Assembly: GCF_016903815.1 (NCBI RefSeq)
Contig: NZ_CP069973.1
Strand: one strand, 5' to 3'
From: Escherichia coli
GTDB lineage: Bacteria; Pseudomonadota; Gammaproteobacteria; Enterobacterales; Enterobacteriaceae
Length of the DNA stretch: 64,000 nucleotides
Part shown: positions 1 to 12,734 of the stretch, one piece after another
How positions within the stretch are numbered: the stretch's first letter is position 1
How the letters are laid out: every line of letters begins with the position of its first letter
Position numbers and translations under genes: made by a program
The notes under the pieces: model-generated
Databases searched by the model: none
What the model was told of the DNA's origin: nothing
What the model saw: the letters and a program-made list of their open reading frames with translations, nothing else

Positions 1-593
1 ACGCTGGTGGGGGAATCCATCGAGCCGGTAAGGAAAGCAATCTCCTGATGTCCGGCGTTTATCAACTCTGCCACGGCGTTAAAGCTGGTCTGTTTATGAT
101 CGCACCAGACGCTATGGCTGCTGTTTTTGCGCAGGCGGCGATTAAGCACCATTATCGGCTGACTGTGTGCGTCAATGATGTCATCAATCTCATCCACGCT
201 TAAAAAACGCGGGTAAATCATAATGGCGTCGCAGCGCAAATCCAGCAGATACTGAATCGCCTGGCGCTCTTCTTCGGCGCTGTGTTTACCATCTGCCAAT
301 AGCAACTGTCGCCCTTTCTCTTCCGCCATTCGCGCGGCATGAAACAGTAATTCACTAAAATAAATGCCGTGGTAAAGCGTGTTGGTCACGACCAGCCCCA
401 GCGTCTGAGTACTCTTCGCCGACAGATTGCGCGCCAGCAAGTTTGGACGGTAACCGCTCTCTTCTACCGCCTGAAACACGCGATCTTTAGTCTCCTGGCT
501 GACGTAGCCATTACCTGAAAGCACGCGGGAAACGGTCGCTTTTGAAACCCCGGCGCGCTTCGCCACTTCCAGCATCGTCGTCATCATTTTCAT
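1..593 (-). CDS. ascG: LacI-family repressor AscG, 5' part only; gene continues beyond window start
   Basis: Reverse-strand translation from ATG at 593..591 gives MKMMTTMLEVAKRAGVSKATVSRVLSG (LacI-type HTH); divergent from ascF; runs off the window edge so absent from ORF track. Confidence 0.8.
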   Translation of the reverse strand, partial: MKMMTTMLEVAKRAGVSKATVSRVLSGNGYVSQETKDRVFQAVEESGYRPNLLARNLSAKSTQTLGLVVTNTLYHGIYFSELLFHAARMAEEKGRQLLLADGKHSAEEERQAIQYLLDLRCDAIMIYPRFLSVDEIDDIIDAHSQPIMVLNRRLRKNSSHSVWCDHKQTSFNAVAELINAGHQEIAFLTGSMDSPTS

Positions 594-843
594 CCCTTTA
601 CACGCAATCAACGCAGTGTACTGCACCGTTTGCCGATTGTCCTTGCGCAATCGGCGGGAAAAATATTCAGGTGACCGGTTTCACAAATATAAAAAATGAA
701 CAATTAACTCTCTTGCTTATTCAGTGACAACTATTCATGATTTTGTGAAACCGGTTTCCTAATTCCGTTTCAGCATCGGCATTTTTCCGTCACGTCGACT
801 GATAACAACTACATCTACCCTACTGATAACAGGATAAAATCCG

Positions 844-3734
<2,891 letters not shown>

Positions 3735-3761
3735 GTAACTACCGTCGCACGAACCAGGAAA

Positions 3762-3800
3762 GCCCGATAAGCGTTGCGCATCGGGCAATCTTGGGTTTGG
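3762..3800 (+). terminator. Candidate hairpin downstream of ascB (7-bp stem gcccgat/atcgggc)
   Basis: Inverted repeat 3762..3768 / 3780..3786 between convergent ascB and the antitoxin gene; weak T tract. Confidence 0.3.
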
Positions 3801-3812
3801 CATCAGTCAAAA

Positions 3813-4232
3813 TCAAAGAAACCATTCCGGCTTAACACCAAATCGGGCTGAAAGTGCCTTAATGTGGGATATCGTCAGGGATCGTTGCCCAGACAAAATC
3901 TGACTGACCAGGGATTTAGAGCCGATTTCGTTCTTCAAATCCGCGTAGGTCAGATTATGTTGATCAATCAGCGTACGAAGTAACGCCACGCCAACCGGCA
4001 TTGCTGCAACGGCTTTGTCGAACTCGGCAAACTTTTCGTTGTTGTTTTCATATTCTGCAATGCGGCTCGCCAGAAAGTCGATAAGTGGATTGGTGTCATC
4101 TTCTTCAATCAAATATTCGACCAGTTCCAGTGCTTCACGATAATCATCTTCTGAGTCACTACCTCCCAGAAAGGGGACTGCATTGACCAGTTCTCTTGTT
4201 GCTTTAACAGCGCGTGCAGCATTAGCAGTCAT
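3813..4232 (-). CDS. HigA-like antitoxin, XRE-family HTH
   Basis: 139-aa ORF; C-terminal HTH (EIGSKSLVSQILSGQRSLTISHIKALSARFGV) resembling E. coli HigA; overlaps upstream toxin gene by 4 bp. Confidence 0.75.
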   Translation of the reverse strand: MTANAARAVKATRELVNAVPFLGGSDSEDDYREALELVEYLIEEDDTNPLIDFLASRIAEYENNNEKFAEFDKAVAAMPVGVALLRTLIDQHNLTYADLKNEIGSKSLVSQILSGQRSLTISHIKALSARFGVKPEWFL

Positions 4233-4540
4233 TCTTTGTTCTCTCTGTAGTAACGTGTCAGTTTGTCATACTCTGCGTGATTCGTTATGTGCTTCACAAA
4301 GAACCGCTTATTAACAAAGTTTATGTAGGCAATAACCCTAAGATTGTTCCCGCCGACATCCAGAACGTACCATTTGTTGCGATATCTAAAATTGTCGAGG
4401 TTGGGAAACGCCGTTCGCATTTCTTCTGGTGTAGAAAAATCCGTTTCCTTAATAACCCGATACAATGAGTATAGAGCCAGAGCGTCGTTAGGATATTTGC
4501 GCGCACACTCTTCAAATGGCGCTTTCGAAATGATGTGCAT
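4229..4540 (-). CDS. HigB-like toxin (RelE/ParE superfamily mRNA interferase)
   Basis: 103-aa ORF resembling E. coli HigB (MH.I...A..D...KYP...FP.LDNF.Y....YV..VGGN.LRV.A...F......I....H.EYD); toxin-first order typical of higBA; AAGGAAG RBS. Confidence 0.75.
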   Translation of the reverse strand: MHIISKAPFEECARKYPNDALALYSLYRVIKETDFSTPEEMRTAFPNLDNFRYRNKWYVLDVGGNNLRVIAYINFVNKRFFVKHITNHAEYDKLTRYYRENKE

Positions 4541-4621
4541 TTTAACTTCCTTATTAGCGCCTGAATGACTAAACCTGGACTACCATTCCTTCGGATTTAT
4601 TTTCCTATAGTAGTTGATCAC

Positions 4622-4650
4622 ACGGGTGTTCACAATATGTAAACACCCGT
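4622..4650. promoter_or_regulatory. Perfect 9-bp inverted repeat ACGGGTGTT-N11-AACACCCGT upstream of the TA operon
   Basis: Palindrome seen directly, about 80 bp upstream of the toxin start, between hycI 3' end and toxin 5' end; candidate operator. Confidence 0.35.
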
Positions 4651-4706
4651 CTACACGTCACAATTGCACGTCCAAATTCCAAAACGTGAACATGTTTGTC
4701 TACGAA

Positions 4707-5177
4707 CTACTCTTCTTCCACCGCTAACTGCGCGAATCCGCCATTCCCTTCCCAGCCTTCCAGTCGTTGATAAACGGTTTCTACCGCATCTTTAATCGGC
4801 TGGGTCATCGGGTAGTAAAAGCCGACGATATCCGGCTGGATGCCGAGGAAAATCACTTCGCCAATGTCTTCTTTTAACTGGTCGATAAGGTAGTTCAACG
4901 GCATGTTATGGGTAGTCATCATAAACATCTCGGCGATATCATCCGGATCGATGATGCGGATCTCGCCGGGGTTTAGCCCCATATCCGTGGCGTCGACAAT
5001 CAGCAGTCGTGTCGGGCGCAGTTCGCGAATAGCGACAATGTCGTTTTCCGGTGCGCTACCGCCGTCAATCACCACCCAGTTACCTTTCGGCGCGGCGGCG
5101 CACTTTTCCGCCAGCAGCGGACCTGCGCCATCATCGCCCATCATGCTATTGCCAACACAGAGTAAAACGTCAGTCAC
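4707..5177 (-). CDS. hycI: Hydrogenase 3 maturation endopeptidase
   Basis: 156-aa ORF, last gene of hyc operon; matches recalled HycI. Confidence 0.9.
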   Translation of the reverse strand: MTDVLLCVGNSMMGDDGAGPLLAEKCAAAPKGNWVVIDGGSAPENDIVAIRELRPTRLLIVDATDMGLNPGEIRIIDPDDIAEMFMMTTHNMPLNYLIDQLKEDIGEVIFLGIQPDIVGFYYPMTQPIKDAVETVYQRLEGWEGNGGFAQLAVEEE

Positions 5178-5580
5178 GCAATCTCCTCACCATCAAATAG
5201 ATGGCGTTTTCCTGATGAATATCATGCAGCATACTTAACAGCATTGTACTCCATTCCTTCTGCTGCGAAGTTTGCGCAGCCCGGGCTTTATCGAATGCGT
5301 TGGCCAGCATCGGCACATGGTTAATGTCGATGACGATCTCACCATATTTCGGCACGCCTTCCATTTTGCGGCGGGCTTCGCTGCCCGCCTCCAGAGTGGC
5401 AATCCATGCCAGATATTCATCCCACGGACAGGTGAGCGCCGCTTCCAGGCAATCGATAACCCCAAGGTGGTGACCAATCGCCAGGCTGTAATAGACCACC
5501 TGCTGCGCCTCGGCGGGCGTGGCATCGTTCTCATCAATAAATTTACGGCTCAGTTGACTGAACACCACCTTTTCACTCAT
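5170..5580 (-). CDS. hycH: Formate hydrogenlyase maturation protein
   Basis: 136-aa ORF in hyc operon order. Confidence 0.85.
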   Translation of the reverse strand: MSEKVVFSQLSRKFIDENDATPAEAQQVVYYSLAIGHHLGVIDCLEAALTCPWDEYLAWIATLEAGSEARRKMEGVPKYGEIVIDINHVPMLANAFDKARAAQTSQQKEWSTMLLSMLHDIHQENAIYLMVRRLRD

Positions 5581-6344
5581 CGGATACGCGCCTCTTCAAC
5601 AACATGATTCAGATGGCTGACAATCTCGTTCAGACGCGGATCGTTTTCCGCTTCCAGCCAGCGTGCAACCTGCTCTTCGCCCTGCCCTAACTGTGTCAGG
5701 AAGTCATCGGCAATCTGGCGACCGTAACGGTAACCCGCCAGGCGGCGAGCTTCGCGATCCACTTTCACGCGCAGCGGCTGCACCATATCGCCATGCAGGA
5801 TCTCCGCCGGTTGTTCATCCTGCTCACCCGGCCCACGGGCGTGAATTTTCTGCTCCAGCAGGCCGAGCGCCATTGCAAAGCCGTACAGCGTGGCGGCAGG
5901 CGTTGGCGGGCAGCCAGGGATATAAACATCCACCGGGACGATTTTATCCGTACCGCCCCACACGCAGTAGAGATCGTGGAAGATCCCGCCGCTGTTACCG
6001 CAGGCACCGTAGGAGATACAAATTTTCGGGTCCGGCGCGGACTGCCACGCACGCAGCGCAGGGGATCGCATTGCACGGGTGACCGCGCCGGTAAACAGTA
6101 AAATATCCGCATGACGCGGTGAAGGAACGACTTTAATGCCGAAGCGTTCTGCATCAAACAGCGGCGAAAGCGTGGCGAAAATTTCGATTTCGCAGCCGTT
6201 GCAGCCGCCGCAGTCCACGCGGTAAACGTAGGCAGAACGTTTGATTTTTTTCAGTAACGACGCCTTCATGCTGGCGATGGATTCATCCACCGTCATCGGG
6301 ACCGGAATGCCGTTGGCGTCACGGGGGCCTAATAAATTGCTCAT
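5577..6344 (-). CDS. hycG: Hydrogenase 3 small subunit (NuoB-like)
   Basis: 255-aa ORF with Cys-rich FeS motifs ([14 protein letters not shown]). Confidence 0.9.
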   Translation of the reverse strand: MSNLLGPRDANGIPVPMTVDESIASMKASLLKKIKRSAYVYRVDCGGCNGCEIEIFATLSPLFDAERFGIKVVPSPRHADILLFTGAVTRAMRSPALRAWQSAPDPKICISYGACGNSGGIFHDLYCVWGGTDKIVPVDVYIPGCPPTPAATLYGFAMALGLLEQKIHARGPGEQDEQPAEILHGDMVQPLRVKVDREARRLAGYRYGRQIADDFLTQLGQGEEQVARWLEAENDPRLNEIVSHLNHVVEEARIR

Positions 6345-6886
6345 CAGATGGCCTCTTTCATATGGCGAGTCAGTTCAATACGGTCGGACGGCACCAGGCA
6401 TTTCTGGCGCTTACATTCCGGGCAAGTCTCAAAGCTTTCGCGGTGGTTTTCCGCGCGGCTGTCGCCGTTGTGCTTGAGCAGCGCAATGGCGTAGTCGATC
6501 TCTTTCTGGACGGCGAAAGGACGATTGCAGACGCGACAGTTGCACAGCGCGAAGCGGGACTGTTGCAGGAAGTCTTCTTTCTTCCACACCGCCAGTTCGT
6601 ACTCTTGCGACAGCTTAATCGCCGCCGTCGGGCAAACTTCTTCGCAGCGTCCACAGAAGATGCAGCGCCCGAGATTAAACTCCCAGGCAAGCTCTCCTGT
6701 GGCGAGGTCAGTTTCAACCGTTAAGGCGTTTGACGGGCAGGCATTGACGCAGGCCGCGCAGCCGATGCACTGCTGCGGGTTCTGCTCTGGCTTACCACGG
6801 AAGTTTTTATCAACCGCAATCGGCTCCAGCGGATAAGACGAGGTCGCCGTGCCGGTTTTGATAACTTTTTTGATAAAGGTAAACAT
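6344..6886 (-). CDS. hycF: Formate hydrogenlyase 4Fe-4S ferredoxin subunit
   Basis: 180-aa ORF with two CxxCxxCxxxCP motifs. Confidence 0.9.
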   Translation of the reverse strand: MFTFIKKVIKTGTATSSYPLEPIAVDKNFRGKPEQNPQQCIGCAACVNACPSNALTVETDLATGELAWEFNLGRCIFCGRCEEVCPTAAIKLSQEYELAVWKKEDFLQQSRFALCNCRVCNRPFAVQKEIDYAIALLKHNGDSRAENHRESFETCPECKRQKCLVPSDRIELTRHMKEAI

Positions 6887-6895
6887 GGCGATTCC

Positions 6896-8605
6896 TTATT
6901 TCAGCGGCGAGTTTTTACGCTCAATGCTGTAACGCTCGAGTTCTTTGTACGGCACCACTTTGCTCTTCTTCTTACGCACATCGACCACGGTCATGCGGTC
7001 GGTACAGGAGTAGCAAGGGTCCAGGCTACCGATAATCAGCGGCGCATCGGAAACGGTGTTGCCGCGCAGCATGTAGCGCAGGGTCGGCCAGTTCGCGTAG
7101 GTCGCGGCACGGCAGCGCCAGCGGTACAGCTTCTGGTTGTCGCCGGTCATGCTCCAGTGGATATCGTCGCCGCGCGGCGCTTCGGCAAAGCCCAGCGCAA
7201 AACGGTGCGGAATATAGGTAAAGCCTTCCACCATCAGCGGACCGCCCGGCAGGTTATCCAGACCGTAGTCGATCATGTTCAGCGCGGTATAGACCTCGTT
7301 GATACGCACTTTCAGACGGGAAATAACGTCGCAGCCCTGCTCGCTGTGGACTTCCATTGGCAGCAGGCCATAACCAACAAACGGGTGATCGGCACGGGTA
7401 TCGCGGGCGTGACCGCTGGCGCGGACCATCGGGCCAACGTTACTGAAATCGCGGGCGATTTCCGGGTCCAGACGACCAATGCCGACAGTACGCTGTTCCA
7501 TGTTCGGTGTGCTCAGCAGCACATCCACCAGCTCCTGCACTTCACGACGCATCTGTTGCGCCAACTGGCGGGTCTGGATCATGTCATCTTTCAGCAGATC
7601 GCGACGAATTCCGCCGATCAGGTTCAGGCCGTAGGTTTTACGCGCACCGGTAAGGATCTCTGCCATTTTCATGGAGGTTTCACGCACGCGGAAGAACTGC
7701 ATAAAGCCGGAGTCGAAGCCGGTAAAGTGACTGGCGAGGCCGAGGTTGAGCAGATGCGAGTGCAGGCGTTCTACCTCCAGCAGAATGGCGCGGATCATCT
7801 GCGCACGTTCTGGCACCTGAATACCCATCGCGTTTTCCACCGACGTGGTGTAGGCGGTGCTGTGAGCAAAGCCGCAGATCCCGCACACACGGTCAGAGAG
7901 GAAGGTCACTTCGTTGTAACCCATGCGGGTTTCCGCCAGTTTTTCCATGCCGCGATGGACATAGAACAGGCGGTAGTCGGCGTCGATAATGTTTTCGCCA
8001 TCGACGAACAGACGGAAGTGACCCGGTTCGTCGGAAGTGACGTGCAGCGGACCAATCGGCACGACGTTGTTTTTCTTGTCGCCCAGTTCGTTGATGAACT
8101 CGTAGGTTTCAGCATCGGTAGTCGGTGCCGGACGTTGACGATAATCCATGCTGTCTTTACGCAGCGGATAAAGTTCATCCGGCCAGTCATCCGGCAGCAC
8201 CAGACGACGTTCATCCGGCAGCCCTACCGGAATCAAACCGTACATATCGCGCACTTCACGCTCGCCCCATACCGCCGCCGGAACGCGCGGCGTTACGGAC
8301 GGATATTCCGGTTTGTTGGCGTCAACTTCAACGCGCACGGTTATCCAGCATTTGGTGCCCTTCTCCATCGACAGCACGTAGTAAACGGCGTAATGACCAT
8401 TAAGTTTGCGTTCGTCGTTACCAAACAGCACCGACAGCCAGCCCCCCTGCTTGTAGTAGAGAAACTCCACCACTTCCGGCAGGTAGTTCACCTTCACGGT
8501 CACGGTCAGCTGATCTTTGGTCTGCCAGGCGTGGTCCAGCACGACGCCCGGAAATGCCTCATTCAGCGCAGCGAGATAATGTTGACCTAATTTTTCTTCA
8601 GACAT
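6896..8605 (-). CDS. hycE: Hydrogenase 3 large subunit
   Basis: 569 aa from MSEEKLGQHYL; NiFe-hydrogenase large-subunit motifs (RVCGICGFAH, C-terminal DPCYSCTDR); ORF-track start over-extended by 7 codons. Confidence 0.9.
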   Translation of the reverse strand: MSEEKLGQHYLAALNEAFPGVVLDHAWQTKDQLTVTVKVNYLPEVVEFLYYKQGGWLSVLFGNDERKLNGHYAVYYVLSMEKGTKCWITVRVEVDANKPEYPSVTPRVPAAVWGEREVRDMYGLIPVGLPDERRLVLPDDWPDELYPLRKDSMDYRQRPAPTTDAETYEFINELGDKKNNVVPIGPLHVTSDEPGHFRLFVDGENIIDADYRLFYVHRGMEKLAETRMGYNEVTFLSDRVCGICGFAHSTAYTTSVENAMGIQVPERAQMIRAILLEVERLHSHLLNLGLASHFTGFDSGFMQFFRVRETSMKMAEILTGARKTYGLNLIGGIRRDLLKDDMIQTRQLAQQMRREVQELVDVLLSTPNMEQRTVGIGRLDPEIARDFSNVGPMVRASGHARDTRADHPFVGYGLLPMEVHSEQGCDVISRLKVRINEVYTALNMIDYGLDNLPGGPLMVEGFTYIPHRFALGFAEAPRGDDIHWSMTGDNQKLYRWRCRAATYANWPTLRYMLRGNTVSDAPLIIGSLDPCYSCTDRMTVVDVRKKKSKVVPYKELERYSIERKNSPLK

Positions 8606-8622
8606 GCTCAAACTCTCTTTAA

Positions 8623-9546
8623 TCACGCCGCCAGCAAGGAGACGAACGCTAAAAATGCAAAGCCAAACCCAGCCCAGGTAATGCGCGGAGTAATATCAAG
8701 ACGCAGACGGGCCATGCTGTTTTCGAACAGCGCGATAACCAGGACGCCAACCACCAGTTTGACGATGGCAATCACCAGCGCCAGCAGCAGCCCACCGACG
8801 GTGAAGGTTTCCATTTGTCCCCACGGAATAAACACCCCGACGAACATCTGCAACACCACCAGCTGTTTCAGGCTGATACCCCATTTCATGACGCCAAAGC
8901 CGCTGCCGCTATACTCAGAGAGCGGACCTTCCTGCAACTCCTGCTCGGCTTCCGCCAGGTCGAACGGCAGTTTGCCCATTTCGATAAAGGTGGCGAATGC
9001 ACAGGCACAAAGCGCCAGCACCAGCGGAATGCTCTGGCTCAGCGGCCAGTGATAAACGGTGTCGGTGATGTTGCTGATGTTGGTGGAACCGGCAACCTGT
9101 GCGGCGACCCACAGACCAAGCAGCAGCATCGGTTCAACCAGCACGCCAAGCATCGCTTCACGGCTCGCGCCGATAGCGGTAAACGGGCTACCGGTATCCA
9201 GACCAGAAATGGCAAAGAAGAAACGCGCGATGGCAAAGAGATACAGTAAAGTGATCAAATCGCCCAGCTGCGGCAGCGGAGAACCAACGGTCACCACCGG
9301 CAGCGCAGTAGCGATAGTCAGCATGACGCCCACCATCACATACGGCGTCAGGCGGAACACCCAGCCGGAGGCATCCGGGCCAACGCTCTGGCGACCCAGC
9401 AGTTTGATAATGTCGCGATACTCCTGCAACACGCCCGGCCCGCGACGGTTATGCAAGCGGGCGCGCGCCACGCGGGTTATACCGGAGAGCAGCGGCGCAA
9501 CGGCAAATAACACCAGCGCCTGAATTAACGGATATAAAACACTCAT
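8623..9546 (-). CDS. hycD: Formate hydrogenlyase membrane subunit (NuoH-like)
   Basis: 307-aa hydrophobic ORF in hyc order. Confidence 0.9.
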   Translation of the reverse strand: MSVLYPLIQALVLFAVAPLLSGITRVARARLHNRRGPGVLQEYRDIIKLLGRQSVGPDASGWVFRLTPYVMVGVMLTIATALPVVTVGSPLPQLGDLITLLYLFAIARFFFAISGLDTGSPFTAIGASREAMLGVLVEPMLLLGLWVAAQVAGSTNISNITDTVYHWPLSQSIPLVLALCACAFATFIEMGKLPFDLAEAEQELQEGPLSEYSGSGFGVMKWGISLKQLVVLQMFVGVFIPWGQMETFTVGGLLLALVIAIVKLVVGVLVIALFENSMARLRLDITPRITWAGFGFAFLAFVSLLAA

Positions 9547-9548
9547 TC

Positions 9549-11375
9549 TCAGGCTCCTCGTGAAACAATAATCACCACCAGCACCGCCAGTTCAACCAGC
9601 GCCATCCGGCGGAACAGCAACGCACTGCCTTCGCACTGCCAGCCCGGCACCAGCGACACCGGATTCAGCCATTTGCGCAGTTTCAGCACTGGCGCAAACG
9701 CCTGTTTCACCGGCATGGCAAAACCGTGAGCGGTAATCACCATTGATTTTTCGTGGTCGTAGCCGCACACCCAGGCCGCGCCGCGGGAACGCGACGGCAA
9801 ACGGTCGCCTTTGCAAATCGCCATAATGATGAATGGCAGCAGCGGGCAGGCAATCAGCAGCAACGTGATCATGGGTTGAGAAACGGTGGTGTTAGCAGGC
9901 TCCAGCGGCAGAGGTACAGCAGCAGAGAGCATCGGCAGCAGCCACGGCGCAGCAACACCGCCAATTACGCAGCAAATCGCCAGTGCCACTACGCTTACGC
10001 TCATCAGGAGCGGCGCACAGGTGGCGTTTTCGGCTTCTTTGGTACGCGGCGCGCCGAGGAACGTGACGCCATAGACTTTCGCCATACACATCACCGCTAG
10101 CGCACCGGTAATTGCCAGACCCACTGCGAGCAGCGGCCCCAGCAGACGGGCAACAAACGCGCCACTATTGCTCAGTTTGAAGAAGGATTGATAGATAACC
10201 CATTCCCCGGCAAACCCGTTCAGCGGCGGCAACGCAGCCATTGCCATCAGCCCAACTAACATGGCGATGGAGATAACCGGCATTTTCTTGCCAATACCAC
10301 CGAGTTTTTCGATATCGCGATGACCGGTACGGAACCAGACGCTCCCCGCCCCGAGGAAAAGTACGCTTTTGAACAGGCTATGGTTAAGCAGATGGTACAG
10401 ACCACCGACCAGGCCAAGAGCAATCAGCGCCGGTTGTTCGAGCGCGATACCCGTTACGCCAGCGCCCAGCCCCAGCAGGATAATGCCGATATTTTCCAGG
10501 GTGTGGTAAGCCAGCAGGCGCTGGATGTTGTGTTCCATCAACGCATACAGACCACCGACGAACGCGGTGATCATGCCGAGCACCAGCAGCGCGATTCCCC
10601 ACCACAGCGGTGCATTACCGCCCAGCAGTGACAGGGTTAAAATGCCCAGCAGGCCAATTTTCATGACTACCGTGGAAAACAACGCGGCAGCTGGCGCAGA
10701 GGCGTTAGCATGTGCCTGCGGCACCCAGCCGTGCAGCGGAATAATCCCGGCCAGCAGGCCAAAGCCAATCACACCGAGCAGCCAGATATCGGAACCGAGC
10801 GGCAGCTGTTGCATACGCATATCCAGCAGGCGCAGATCCAGCGTGCCGTAACGCTGCCACAGCAGCCAGCAAGCAATCGCCAGCAGCAGAGTGCCAAGAC
10901 GCCCCAGTGCAAACCACAGTTTGCCCTCTTTGCTGTTGTTGGTGAGGAACACCGCGCACAAGGCCATGATTTCTGCCATTACCACGAACATACCGAGGTT
11001 GCTGGCGATGACAGCACAGACGGCAGCAGCCATCAACATATTGATCTGCAAGCCGTTGCACTTCACCTGCGCGTGGCGATGCCAGTCAATGTTGTAGAGG
11101 CTGACAAACAGACCGCACAGGCCGAGCGTAATCAGCCAAATCGCGTTAAGCGGAGAGATTTGCACATCGTAGCTTACTAGCGACAGCGCACCGCTCACGC
11201 CAACCGCGCCAGTCAGTACAGTGAAGCCCGCGGCTGCCGTATACAGACTACCCACCGCGCCGCCAATTCCGGCTATCCAGCCGCTTAGCGCCTTTTGAAA
11301 AGAAAAGAGAAATGCCAGAACAGCGGCGGCGACAAACCACGCCACGCCGCTATTGATCAGGGAAATTGCGCTCAT
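9549..11375 (-). CDS. hycC: Formate hydrogenlyase membrane subunit (NuoL/antiporter-like)
   Basis: 608-aa polytopic membrane ORF. Confidence 0.9.
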   Translation of the reverse strand: MSAISLINSGVAWFVAAAVLAFLFSFQKALSGWIAGIGGAVGSLYTAAAGFTVLTGAVGVSGALSLVSYDVQISPLNAIWLITLGLCGLFVSLYNIDWHRHAQVKCNGLQINMLMAAAVCAVIASNLGMFVVMAEIMALCAVFLTNNSKEGKLWFALGRLGTLLLAIACWLLWQRYGTLDLRLLDMRMQQLPLGSDIWLLGVIGFGLLAGIIPLHGWVPQAHANASAPAAALFSTVVMKIGLLGILTLSLLGGNAPLWWGIALLVLGMITAFVGGLYALMEHNIQRLLAYHTLENIGIILLGLGAGVTGIALEQPALIALGLVGGLYHLLNHSLFKSVLFLGAGSVWFRTGHRDIEKLGGIGKKMPVISIAMLVGLMAMAALPPLNGFAGEWVIYQSFFKLSNSGAFVARLLGPLLAVGLAITGALAVMCMAKVYGVTFLGAPRTKEAENATCAPLLMSVSVVALAICCVIGGVAAPWLLPMLSAAVPLPLEPANTTVSQPMITLLLIACPLLPFIIMAICKGDRLPSRSRGAAWVCGYDHEKSMVITAHGFAMPVKQAFAPVLKLRKWLNPVSLVPGWQCEGSALLFRRMALVELAVLVVIIVSRGA

Positions 11376-11983
11376 TTAGCCTCTCCACTTTGAGCCTGCT
11401 GAAACAAGGTGAGATCGCCAAAGTCCGTGTTAAAGGTCAGCTCACGCTTACGTTTGCTGACGCGGGCGATATCGGTGTTATCCACCAGATGCAGGGCTTT
11501 AGTCGGGCACATCCGCACGCAGGCCGGACCTTGTTCATCAAAGCTACAAAGGTCACATTTGACGGCGATCGCGCGAATACCTGGCACCCAGTCAAGCAAT
11601 GTGCTGACACGCGCCGGAGCAGGCGGTGCCGGTGGCGCTTTCGGGGTATTGGCGTTTGCCGGAATATCCAGCGGACGGCTGCCGGAAAATTCAATTGCGC
11701 CAAACGGGCAGGCGATGCCGCACAGTTTGCAGCTTACGCACAGGCTTTCATTCAACTGCACGGCCCCATCAACGCGGGTGATGGCGTTAACCGGGCAGAC
11801 CACCGCACAGGGCGCATCTTCACAGTGGTGACAGAGCTGCGGCGCAGATTCTTTTTCATTGAGCATCACTCGCAGGCGCGGCATTGATTGCAGGCCGTGC
11901 TGGCGATGCGTCTCTGAACAGGCGGCCTCACAGGTGTGGCAGCCGATACAGAGCGTGGAGTCAGCAATTACAAAACGATTCAC
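11372..11983 (-). CDS. hycB: Formate hydrogenlyase FeS subunit
   Basis: 203-aa ORF with four CxxCxxCxxxCP clusters. Confidence 0.9.
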   Translation of the reverse strand: MNRFVIADSTLCIGCHTCEAACSETHRQHGLQSMPRLRVMLNEKESAPQLCHHCEDAPCAVVCPVNAITRVDGAVQLNESLCVSCKLCGIACPFGAIEFSGSRPLDIPANANTPKAPPAPPAPARVSTLLDWVPGIRAIAVKCDLCSFDEQGPACVRMCPTKALHLVDNTDIARVSKRKRELTFNTDFGDLTLFQQAQSGEAK

Positions 11984-12002
11984 CAGGCATTCCTCAGGTG
12001 AT

Positions 12003-12058
12003 TGTCATTTTTGACGAAAACATGCCGATGAAATGTCATTTTCGACACTCATCGACAC
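12003..12058. promoter_or_regulatory. Candidate FhlA upstream activating sequence (TGTCATTTTCGACA repeats) in hycA-hycB intergenic region
   Basis: Motif tgtcattttcgacactcatcgaca (12034..12057) near-identical to the one at 12687..12708. Confidence 0.5.
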
Positions 12059-12107
12059 GCCCATCCCCAAACAGGCGTAACGCCTGCAAAACGGGCAAAG
12101 CCTCAGC

Positions 12108-12569
12108 TCATGCTGCCGGGCTTTGTCCCTTTACCAGTTGGCTTAAATTCACCGGCACATTGTTTTCAATGGCGGTGTATAAGCTGTCGTAAACGCCAGC
12201 GATTTTTTCGAGATAGTGTTCCAGAACCTGTTCGCGATCGCGGATGTTGACCTTGCCATCAATCATGCCGTCAATGCTCAGTTGCGCCTGCGCAATCCGC
12301 TGTTTGTCTTCACCATCTTTTGTTTCGACGTAATACTCGATGGTGTGGCTGTTAAAGCCATCCGCCAGGGTGACGTAAATGCGAAAATGTTCAAAAAGGA
12401 CGAAACAGAGTTCTTTGTCCGGCGCGCAGCTCATGGCGTGATGCAGGCGCGCTTTCGATAACGTGATCCCCTGAACCAGCGAATTGCAGTAGATGTGCCA
12501 CTGGTCCTGTAGGCGACGATGCCGCTGTGCGATGTAATCGGCTTTCTCGCTTATTTCCCAAATAGTCAT
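12108..12569 (-). CDS. hycA: Formate hydrogenlyase regulatory protein HycA
   Basis: 153-aa ORF, first gene of hyc operon. Confidence 0.85.
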   Translation of the reverse strand: MTIWEISEKADYIAQRHRRLQDQWHIYCNSLVQGITLSKARLHHAMSCAPDKELCFVLFEHFRIYVTLADGFNSHTIEYYVETKDGEDKQRIAQAQLSIDGMIDGKVNIRDREQVLEHYLEKIAGVYDSLYTAIENNVPVNLSQLVKGQSPAA

Positions 12570-12606
12570 TGTCAGGTTACCCGTTTAACAGAGATGCCAG
12601 CTTTAA

Positions 12607-12622
12607 GCATTTTTTGTGCCAA
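12607..12622 (-). promoter_or_regulatory. Sigma-54 promoter for hyc operon (TTGGCAC-N5-ATGC on minus strand)
   Basis: Reverse complement of 12607..12622 reads TTGGCACAAAAAATGC with GG-N10-GC spacing. Confidence 0.6.
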
Positions 12623-12670
12623 CTTTTAATTTATTGTTATTAAAGCGATTTTTAAGCTAAAGATGAATTT

Positions 12671-12710
12671 CGTCGCCGTGTCGACGTGTCATTTCGACAT
12701 CATCGACATT
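12671..12710. promoter_or_regulatory. Candidate FhlA UAS between divergent hyc and hyp promoters
   Basis: gtgtcgacgtgtcatttcgacatcatcgacat with TGTC/GACA repeats. Confidence 0.5.
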
Positions 12711-12734
12711 ATTCACCGCAGGGATAATCAACAC

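Noticed and set aside
542-727. 61-aa plus-strand ORF at the ascG 5' end
   Set aside because: Overlaps the ascG start and promoter region on the opposite strand; no RBS or recognisable domain; the minus-strand frame encodes the LacI-type HTH of AscG.
7157-8590. 477-aa plus-strand ORF
   Set aside because: Lies entirely antisense to hycE, whose minus-strand translation matches the NiFe-hydrogenase large subunit; long antisense ORFs are expected in GC-rich coding sequence and this one has low-complexity Arg/His/Val-rich composition.
9753-11180. Multiple 100-156-aa plus-strand ORFs inside hycC
   Set aside because: All antisense to hycC with Arg/Gln/His-rich low-complexity translations; no independent support.
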